Source: an uncultured archaeon (lineage in GTDB: Archaea; Asgardarchaeota; Thorarchaeia; Thorarchaeales; Thorarchaeaceae). Taken from it: a stretch of 31,699 nt of DNA. Below, one piece after another: positions 24,809 through 31,699 of the stretch. Each line of letters opens with the position of its first letter. Within the stretch, counting starts at the first letter, position 1. The translations under genes and the position numbers were made by a program. The notes under the pieces were generated by a model, which searched no databases, was not told the DNA's origin, and saw nothing but the letters and a program-made list of their open reading frames with translations. The stretch lies in the NCBI GenBank assembly GCA_964590575.1, contig CAZPWM010000033.1:1-31699 (forward strand). The letters run 5' to 3'.

Positions 24809-26122
24809 ATGATAATCCCGGGTACAACTATCTCACTCACTCTCAACCCGACATATGTTGAAGTTAGGGACAAAGGGATGATCAAGAAGAAAATCCCCCT
24901 CAAAGAGAGATCCTTTGAGGATGTAGCTCTTGAGCTGCAAAAATATCTTCGTTTTCTAGGAAAAAGGTTGGCTCCGGGAGTGCTAGAAGATGTATTGGAC
25001 CGTATTGGTCTGCCCAGGGCTAGAAGGGTGTTGAAAGAGGAAGTTCTTGAAATACCAAAAGAACCAGAACAACCATCTACGCCCGTTGAACCTGTTGCTG
25101 AAAAACCAGCACTGGAAATTAAACCTGAAGAACCTGAGGAGAAAAAGAGAAGAAGTTACCTTAGAAGAAAACCAGAGCAAGCTGCGACCTTTGTCGAAAG
25201 TCCAGGCGTCAGTGCAGACGAAAAGGGTGAAATCAGCGTAGAAGATTTCGATGATATCTCGGACGCACTGCAGGCAGTTGAAGCTTTGAGTGATTCCTTT
25301 ATGACAGGTGTACCCACGGAAAAACCAGCAGAGAAGAAGCATGCAGAGATAAGCATCAATCTTGCTGGAAGTGAAGAAATTGTTGCTTCCAGAAGATCTT
25401 ACGCGAGAATTGGAGAGGTTGATGCATCAGAAGAAGAAGTTCTAGAAGTTGGTGAAGAAGAAGAATTAGAAGAAATCGAACTTATTGCTGAAACTGTTGA
25501 AGAAGAGGAACAACCCAAAGAAGAGCAAGAGGTTCATGTGACTCCAGTACACCAAATCAAACCCTTGGTTCAATGCAAGAGCTTACTATTAGGTGAGGAT
25601 GGAGTTGGCAAGGAAAGTCTCAAGGCAAAGGCAAACATAGAACCTATCATGGAAGAAGATGAAACTACTTCAAGCTATATCTTTGGTCGTATTATTGACG
25701 CGACCAATCACCGTATTGATATGAGAGTATGGTCATTTGATCTTGCGGTTAAGGCTAAGGTGCAGAGGAAGGAATTCTACAAGGATTCTCAGATATTGAT
25801 TATCGTGTATTCTGCATCAGATAGATGGAGTTTCGAAAGCATTGATTTCTGGCTTAGAGAAGCAACCTTGTCAGTAGATTTGATGCCACCCATTGTGATT
25901 GTGTCCAACAAGATTGACCTTCGGACAGAAACAGGTGAGGATTCTGGCGATGAACCGGTTGGGTACAACGAGGGATTCAAGTTTGCAGAAGAACTAGCAC
26001 AACGATTTGGGAAAGAAAATGCTCTCCACCCAGTAGCATTCATTGAAACATCCTGTGTAACAGGAGAGCGTGTCGACGAGGTCTTCACAACCGCGGCTCA
26101 GTTATTTGAAAACACAATATAA
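24809..26122 (+). CDS. Rab/Ras-like small GTPase domain (degenerate) with N-terminal globular domain and long acidic linker
   Basis: KSLLLGEDGVGKESL (G1-like); MRVWSFD (G3 position); FYKDSQILIIVYS..DRWSFESIDFWL; IVSNKIDL (G4); FIETSCVTGERVDEVF (G5). Confidence 0.82.
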   Translation: MIIPGTTISLTLNPTYVEVRDKGMIKKKIPLKERSFEDVALELQKYLRFLGKRLAPGVLEDVLDRIGLPRARRVLKEEVLEIPKEPEQPSTPVEPVAEKPALEIKPEEPEEKKRRSYLRRKPEQAATFVESPGVSADEKGEISVEDFDDISDALQAVEALSDSFMTGVPTEKPAEKKHAEISINLAGSEEIVASRRSYARIGEVDASEEEVLEVGEEEELEEIELIAETVEEEEQPKEEQEVHVTPVHQIKPLVQCKSLLLGEDGVGKESLKAKANIEPIMEEDETTSSYIFGRIIDATNHRIDMRVWSFDLAVKAKVQRKEFYKDSQILIIVYSASDRWSFESIDFWLREATLSVDLMPPIVIVSNKIDLRTETGEDSGDEPVGYNEGFKFAEELAQRFGKENALHPVAFIETSCVTGERVDEVFTTAAQLFENTI

Positions 26123-26235
26123 CATGAGTTTACTTAAGTAGATTAATCGGAACATGTAGTTCAGAGAGTTCTTATAGTGGTCATTCAACACACACTTTGT
26201 AGAGATTGAAAACTTTAATGTCCTGAATTCAGAAC

Positions 26236-26553
26236 GTGGTGGTTACATCGATAGATTTCTGTGAAAGCTGTGGAAAAGAGTTAGACCCAATCAAACCAGC
26301 TGTCACACTAGAGGACAATTATGCTAATGATACAAGGAAAGATCTCTCCATCTGCACTGATTGTTTTAAAAAGAGATTCAAGATAACTTCCAAGAAAAGA
26401 AGCAAGTACGGTGGAACAATCTATGAACTTGAGGAAAGACCTCCACCAAGATTTGGTACTGGAAGTACATCCTTCAGTTGTTTAAAATGTAACTGGGTAG
26501 CATGGAATGAATTGGGCTTAGAAGTTCATATGAGAAACAGACATCCTAGCTGA
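26236..26553 (+). CDS. Small zinc-finger protein (CxxC..CxxC plus C-terminal C2H2 finger)
   Basis: CESCG...ICTDCF and FSCLKCNWVAWNELGLEVHMRNRH. Confidence 0.72.
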   Translation: MVVTSIDFCESCGKELDPIKPAVTLEDNYANDTRKDLSICTDCFKKRFKITSKKRSKYGGTIYELEERPPPRFGTGSTSFSCLKCNWVAWNELGLEVHMRNRHPS

Positions 26554-26555
26554 GT

Positions 26556-27197
26556 TCACGGGGTAATTGCAAATTGCTTACTTTCTCTAATTATTTCATG
26601 ACCTGCAATTCTCAATCCTTGGACTCGACGGGCTGCACTCTCAAGCATACCCATTCTATATGTCGCTGTACGAGGACCAATAGCATGTAACCAATCAAGA
26701 TTTGACATGTCAAGCTTTTCATGAATTGAAAAGTATACTTTCAGATCATCACCGATAGCCCGAGACCGTTCGAACATTGCTGTAGTCAGACCGAGGCTTG
26801 GTGCTGCGAATCCAAACAACACCCAGATGAAAATCAGCTGGTCAGCGCCAAAGTACTCGTAGAAGAACATAAACCCTGTGAAGATTGGTTGCACCAACGC
26901 AAGAATCACAAGAATCAATGAAAGATGCTGAGTGAAGTCATCACTTCCAAGACCAGCTATTCCAATCACATCCTGGTCAGGTGGAAAGAGATAGACAAGG
27001 ACTCCACCAGAGGTTATTCCAACTACAATTGATGAGAGAGCAATGAAAAGTATGTAGTCAAAAGCACGTAAAGTCCACACTGCATTGAAGCTGACGAGTG
27101 ATTGAATAATTAGCGAGAGAGCCATAACAATAGCACCTACAGTAAATCCTTGCCAACTGAAGAACTCATACTTACGTGCCATTATCTCGTCAGACAA
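26556..27197 (-). CDS. Four-TM membrane protein of unknown function
   Basis: Four hydrophobic segments + soluble C-terminus; SD GAGGAG upstream of the TTG start. Confidence 0.72.
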   Translation of the reverse strand: MSDEIMARKYEFFSWQGFTVGAIVMALSLIIQSLVSFNAVWTLRAFDYILFIALSSIVVGITSGGVLVYLFPPDQDVIGIAGLGSDDFTQHLSLILVILALVQPIFTGFMFFYEYFGADQLIFIWVLFGFAAPSLGLTTAMFERSRAIGDDLKVYFSIHEKLDMSNLDWLHAIGPRTATYRMGMLESAARRVQGLRIAGHEIIRESKQFAITP

Positions 27198-27424
27198 TGT
27201 TAATTACTCCTCTAAGTATTCTATGACCAAATAAGTCACGAGTAGTCTTAAAGTTTCTCATGCTATACTATGAGAGTACTCCTTTTCCATTAATTACTGG
27301 TTGTATGTACGCAGGTCATACTAAATGGATTGATACTAGTACAATTCTTCGTACTTCGAAGGAGTCATTTATTAGTCTTCGAGCATAGCACATCCCTAGT
27401 GCAAGATAAGCTCTGGAGTGGGTA

Positions 27425-28126
27425 GTGCTGAATAACGACGTGATTGTGGACCTCAAGGAAGTGTCTCGAGTTTATGATATGGGTGAGATACAAGTTCATG
27501 CCTTGAGGGGAGTGTCTCTTCAGATCAAGAAAGGTAGTGCCATTGGTATCATGGGTCCTTCGGGCTCAGGAAAGACTACACTCTTGAACTTGATAGGTGC
27601 ACTCGACCGACCAACACATGGAAGCGTAGTGCTTGACGGTGTAGACATCACCAACATGGGTGAGAGTGAACTTACAAAAGTTCGTCGAAACAAAATCAGC
27701 TACGTGTTTCAATTCTTTAACCTGCTACCTGTTCTTACGGCTTATGAAAACGTGGAACTCCCACTTCTCATCGGAGGCATAGAGGAAGACGCAAGGAAGG
27801 AACGTGTCGACCATCTATTGTCACTTGTGGGTTTGACAGAGAGAGCTGAGCATCGACCGGATGAGTTGTCCGGGGGAGAACAACAGCGCATTGCAATCGC
27901 AAGAGCACTTGCCAAACCTCCAGGTACATCGAGCTCAGTCATAGTATTGGCAGACGAACCCACAGGTGATTTGGACTATAATACGGGGAAGGAAATCCTA
28001 GATATTCTAGTGTCTTTAACAAAGGGTGAGGGAGGAACATTGATCACTGTAACGCACGATCCAGAAGTTGGAGAGAAGATGGATAGTGTTTACAGGATGC
28101 GCGATGGGATGATAGAGAATCCATGA
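27425..28126 (+). CDS. ABC transporter ATP-binding protein, MacB/LolD type
   Basis: Walker A GPSGSGKTT; Q-loop VFQFFNLLP; signature LSGGEQQR; Walker B VLADEPTG; H-loop VTHD. Confidence 0.95.
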   Translation: MLNNDVIVDLKEVSRVYDMGEIQVHALRGVSLQIKKGSAIGIMGPSGSGKTTLLNLIGALDRPTHGSVVLDGVDITNMGESELTKVRRNKISYVFQFFNLLPVLTAYENVELPLLIGGIEEDARKERVDHLLSLVGLTERAEHRPDELSGGEQQRIAIARALAKPPGTSSSVIVLADEPTGDLDYNTGKEILDILVSLTKGEGGTLITVTHDPEVGEKMDSVYRMRDGMIENP

Positions 28127-28141
28127 TGGAGGCAGAAGAGC

Positions 28142-30952
28142 GTGGCCGCAGTACCTACGGGTTACGAGGCATTTCACAGTGTAAGACGCAAAGGAGTTAC
28201 TCTGCTGTGTTTTCTCCTAGCCTCGGCAATGGCAATGGGGATCACCGTCTACGTTGATTCATACTCCGTTCATGAATGGAATAAAAATATGGAAGGAGTT
28301 GGAGAGATTGCCATATTTGCAGAGGGCGAGGGCATCCTTGGTTATGTTGATGAAATTCAAAACATAAATGGTGTAACGGATGCTGCAGCGCTTCGAAGAA
28401 GTTGGGGATATATTGAATATTTCGTTACTGATATTTGGGGAGAGTATTATGATAATATCTATGGAAATATCCTAGCACCGTCTCAAAAGTTCATGGATAC
28501 CTTCCCAGGATACATTACCCTTGTTGAAGGTGAATTCCCTAGTACAAATAGTTCACAGATTGCAATCATCGATAATCTGTTCTATAATTTTGATTTCAAG
28601 ATTGGAGATGTTCTCAATCTCTCCCTCTACTGGGAGGGGCCATTCCAAGAAGTAGAAGTTATCGGTATCTACCACCAGGGTGCAGATGAATCCGTTAGTA
28701 ATAACTATTGGGCATATGATAGCATAGCAATTGTAGTTCCTGGAGTAATAATAGATACCGAATACACAGTTTGCATTGACATAGATAGAACTAGAGTTAC
28801 ACCATTCGATGCCGGAGGTTCGCTTTCGTTCGTCACAGGGATAGACGAAGCTATAAGGGAACTTGATCCTCTTTATGACCCTCAGAGATATTATTATTCC
28901 AGATTTAGTGTAGATAATCGCATTGCATATTCTATCTACCAGTACATGGGGTGGGTAGGGGCAGCGAGGATGAGTCAGATGTTCAGGTCATCTGGCATCA
29001 TCGTTCTCATCGTACTTGTTACCTTCTTGGCAATTCGGCATAATGTGAATGAGAGAAGGTATGAATCTACAATGTTATACTCAAGGGGTGCATCTCAGGG
29101 AGACCTAGACAAGATTGTTAATAGGGAGATCGTAGTCCTTTCAATTCTCTCATCTGTTTTAGGAATCGTTGCTGGAATCGGAGTTAGTAGAATAGCCATA
29201 TCATCTACTGGATTCTTCCTTTTCGATTTCTCTTTAATTATTACGGAACCATTTCTTGTCTCTCTTGAGTCACTGATAATTTCTGCAGCAGTAGGATTTG
29301 TTTTACCTCTGATAACTCTTGGAGGATATCGAGTCATCTATTCAACAAAACGATCCATTGATGAGAATACAGGTAAGATTGCAAAGATGGTTAGAGGATT
29401 CAACTTCATTAGGTGGGACCTGCTTGTTGTTCTTATAGCAGGTTTACTTTTAATGAGCCTGATTACTGGGGGACTTGCAGTTTCTAGCAATCCAATCCTT
29501 GCTTTGATCTTACCCATTCTCCCCTTCCCCCTCTTCCTTGGTATGGCAAGTCTTTCCATCAAGATACTCCGACGAGGGTCTAATGGTATCTCGAGATATA
29601 TGGCGAGAGTTGTTGGTCAACTCTCAGCAGCCATAGGTATTCGTAGGATTGGAAAAGGGGCATCATCTGGGGGGGCAGCAGCTATGGTGCTTGTTCTAGC
29701 TATTTGTCTCTCGTGGAACAGTGCAATTATTGATGCGTCTTTACCTCTAACCACTGAATACCAGGCTAGATTGAGTGTGGGTTCTGATCTAACGTTTGCT
29801 CTTGATGAATCAGAAGTCCTTCTATGGGATGATTTCATAGCAAATGTTAGTTCTCATGAGCAAGTCGTGTCTGAAACAGTAGTATCAGAGATTGCATTGT
29901 ACCTGACAAGCAACTATGAGGGACGTAACACCTTTCTTGCAGTGAATCCCAGAGAATATGCAGATATTGGTTACCATTACCTTGGGAACAGATTGAACAA
30001 TTCAGAAATGGCAGACATGTTAGAAGCTCTTGAGTCGGTTCCAGATGGTGCTATACTATCATCAGACATCGCAAATGATTACAACTTAGAAGTAGGAGAT
30101 GTCCTTCGTGCAACACAACTTTCCGAAGATGCGATCCCTATTTCGTTCAGAATCCTCGGGATTGTTGTGGCTATACCAGAGATGCCTGAGAGGGATGATT
30201 GGTTTTATTATGATGGAATGTATCCACCACCAATGGTAATACCAATTTATCCGGGGTACTCTCAAGTCGTGGGTCAACAAAGAGTCTTAGTGAATCGAGA
30301 TTATCTAAGCACTCACATCAATATTGTCAATGAAACGAATTCATTCCTTTGTGTTCAAACTGCTGAAAATGCTAATGGCACACAGATAGCAGATGAACTA
30401 TTAGACCAAGGGGGCATGCAGGTACTCTATAATGGTCTGTGGGATTCTGTCAGCACACGGACTGATCAATACTTGGGACAGATTACGTATCACATGGACA
30501 GATCCGTAGATACAATGTTGACAGTCCTTACTACAGGAACAATACTAGGCGCCTTTGCAGTGTATGCTTTAGAGGGTGTGCGAGCTAGAAGAAGAGAAAT
30601 CGCTCTACTCCGTTCAACTGGAGCAAATAGTGGGGTAATTGTAAAAGCACAAGGTGCTGAAATGCTTGTTCTGATGATGTTTAGTCTTCTTGTTCTTCTT
30701 CTTTTTGCTCCATTATATCTTACTACAACAGTAAGCACCGCTACCAGTGGAGGAGCATCCTGGTATCTAGTATATCCAGTTTCGATTTTTCCAGTGATTC
30801 CATGGATATCCATTATGTCTGTTCTGGCATTTTTCATTGTTTCAGTCGTAATTTTCATCGGAGTTGTGGCTGTGCTAGGTTCGCGAATCAATCTTGCAGC
30901 GACACTGAACGCATCATGGGCAGAAGCTGCACCATACGGAGGTGATGTGTAG
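28142..30952 (+). CDS. FtsX/MacB-like ABC permease (two FtsX modules with large extracytoplasmic domains)
   Basis: FtsX motifs NERRYESTMLYSRGAS and ARRREIALLRSTGA; two TM-large loop-3TM modules; follows the ABC ATPase. Confidence 0.9.
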   Translation: MAAVPTGYEAFHSVRRKGVTLLCFLLASAMAMGITVYVDSYSVHEWNKNMEGVGEIAIFAEGEGILGYVDEIQNINGVTDAAALRRSWGYIEYFVTDIWGEYYDNIYGNILAPSQKFMDTFPGYITLVEGEFPSTNSSQIAIIDNLFYNFDFKIGDVLNLSLYWEGPFQEVEVIGIYHQGADESVSNNYWAYDSIAIVVPGVIIDTEYTVCIDIDRTRVTPFDAGGSLSFVTGIDEAIRELDPLYDPQRYYYSRFSVDNRIAYSIYQYMGWVGAARMSQMFRSSGIIVLIVLVTFLAIRHNVNERRYESTMLYSRGASQGDLDKIVNREIVVLSILSSVLGIVAGIGVSRIAISSTGFFLFDFSLIITEPFLVSLESLIISAAVGFVLPLITLGGYRVIYSTKRSIDENTGKIAKMVRGFNFIRWDLLVVLIAGLLLMSLITGGLAVSSNPILALILPILPFPLFLGMASLSIKILRRGSNGISRYMARVVGQLSAAIGIRRIGKGASSGGAAAMVLVLAICLSWNSAIIDASLPLTTEYQARLSVGSDLTFALDESEVLLWDDFIANVSSHEQVVSETVVSEIALYLTSNYEGRNTFLAVNPREYADIGYHYLGNRLNNSEMADMLEALESVPDGAILSSDIANDYNLEVGDVLRATQLSEDAIPISFRILGIVVAIPEMPERDDWFYYDGMYPPPMVIPIYPGYSQVVGQQRVLVNRDYLSTHINIVNETNSFLCVQTAENANGTQIADELLDQGGMQVLYNGLWDSVSTRTDQYLGQITYHMDRSVDTMLTVLTTGTILGAFAVYALEGVRARRREIALLRSTGANSGVIVKAQGAEMLVLMMFSLLVLLLFAPLYLTTTVSTATSGGASWYLVYPVSIFPVIPWISIMSVLAFFIVSVVIFIGVVAVLGSRINLAATLNASWAEAAPYGGDV

Positions 30953-31699
30953 ATGTTTTTATTCGCACGTCTTTCAGCAAGGGCTCCAGAGGTGCTGACA
31001 ACCCTTCTGATTTTCGCCTTATCCAGTGGTGTACTAGGAGGAATTTTGTTCTACATGGACTCAACAGCTCCATCTGTTCTCAATGATATGACAGCTGCGG
31101 TTCCAATAGACATGGAGGTTGCACTCGGTTATCAGTTCTATGGACAAAATTTCACTAATCCCAATGCGACCACACTGGAGGATATCAGAAACATTGTAGA
31201 ATCACGCGACTATGTGGTCGATACTGAACCGTTAACATTCGTGAATATCTATGACTGGTATGCTGAAGACTACAGGTACGGCAGAATGGGATTTCTGGGC
31301 ATCAATAGTACAGTCTTCGAAAGATTTCCTGATGCAATTGATCTTGATAGCGGTAGTCTATCTTACGATGATAATTCATGTCTCGTAGAGAAGAGTCTAT
31401 TTCTATCTCAAGGTTTAGAAATTGGAGGCAACTATACCATATCAGTTACGATTGAAGACTGGTCCAGTGGGAATTATACCGAAATACTCGTCGAAAAAAC
31501 ATTCATCATTACAGGCACTTTCATCTCAAACATCTTCATGTTCGAACCGTATTGGAATGCGCCGGAAGTGACCTATCTTCAGATAATCACTACCTCTGAA
31601 ACTCTTGAAACGGTGTTTGAAGCATTGCCGCATGATGACTGGTATGGAATACAAAACCGCATCTGGGTGAAGTTTGACAGGACCGGCATTGTTCAAAAT
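30953..31699 (+). CDS. Second FtsX/MacB-like ABC permease, 3'-truncated by the window end (not in ORF track)
   Basis: ATG immediately after the previous TAG, with SD GGAGGTGA. MFLFARLSARAPEVLTTLLIFALSSGVLGGILFYMDS parallels ..TLLCFLLASAMAMGITVYVDS of the first permease. The frame appears open to the end. Confidence 0.82.
   Translation, partial: MFLFARLSARAPEVLTTLLIFALSSGVLGGILFYMDSTAPSVLNDMTAAVPIDMEVALGYQFYGQNFTNPNATTLEDIRNIVESRDYVVDTEPLTFVNIYDWYAEDYRYGRMGFLGINSTVFERFPDAIDLDSGSLSYDDNSCLVEKSLFLSQGLEIGGNYTISVTIEDWSSGNYTEILVEKTFIITGTFISNIFMFEPYWNAPEVTYLQIITTSETLETVFEALPHDDWYGIQNRIWVKFDRTGIVQN

Noticed and set aside
25425-25530. GAA-rich tandem-like sequence
   Set aside because: Explained by Glu-rich low-complexity coding in the GTPase linker; not a repeat array.
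27256-27275. TCTCAT-N8-ATGAGA inverted repeat in the divergent intergenic region before the ABC operon
   Set aside because: Only 6 bp and AT-rich with no second copy; cannot be distinguished from chance.
855-31073. Numerous 60-165 aa ORFs nested in or antisense to larger genes (e.g. 16650..17147, 24983..25342, 30490..30891, 13627..13926)
   Set aside because: They overlap well-supported genes, lack SD sites and family motifs; treated as shadow ORFs.
1-31699. CRISPR arrays, tRNA/rRNA genes, transposases, integrases, viral hallmark genes
   Set aside because: No regularly spaced direct repeats, cloverleaf/T-loop signatures, or recombinase/capsid motifs were seen by eye. Intergenic gaps are all short (about 320 bp or less).

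Overview
A gene-dense archaeal chromosomal segment. It most likely comes from an Asgard archaeon (Thorarchaeota-like); this is inferred from longin-domain proteins, a Rab-like G-domain, Mtd, AOR, Ig-repeat surface proteins with TM+basic C-tails and GGAG(G)TGA-type Shine-Dalgarno sites. Genes in order: 5'-truncated nurA and herA; bacterial-type ribA; an FrhB/FqoF-like F420-binding Fe-S protein; an Ig-repeat surface protein; a uDENN/longin-like + TackOD1 multi-zinc-ribbon protein; mtd; an MFS-fold transporter fused to a helix-hairpin-helix domain; two paralogous longin + tandem winged-helix proteins followed by an Arg-type MinD/ParA ATPase; a GNAT; a tungsten AOR; several membrane proteins; a carboxylesterase; a GDPD; a geranylgeranyl-reductase-family flavoprotein; a divergent APRT-like PRTase; a degenerate Rab-like GTPase with a long acidic N-terminal extension; a zinc-finger protein; and a MacB/LolCDE-type ABC system running off the 3' end. 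I saw no rRNA, tRNA, CRISPR array, integrase or transposase. The best candidate for an undescribed system is the 8.4-13.3 kb module: MFS-HhH <-> longin-wHTH pair (NPRL2/NPRL3-like architecture) -> MinD/ParA <- micro-membrane protein. Manual reading also found three short coding stretches missing from the ORF track: a 38-aa membrane protein, a 49-aa MobB-C-terminal-like protein upstream of aor, and an orphan membrane anchor in frame behind the TGA stop of the surface protein. All family calls are motif recognition by eye; no database search was run.
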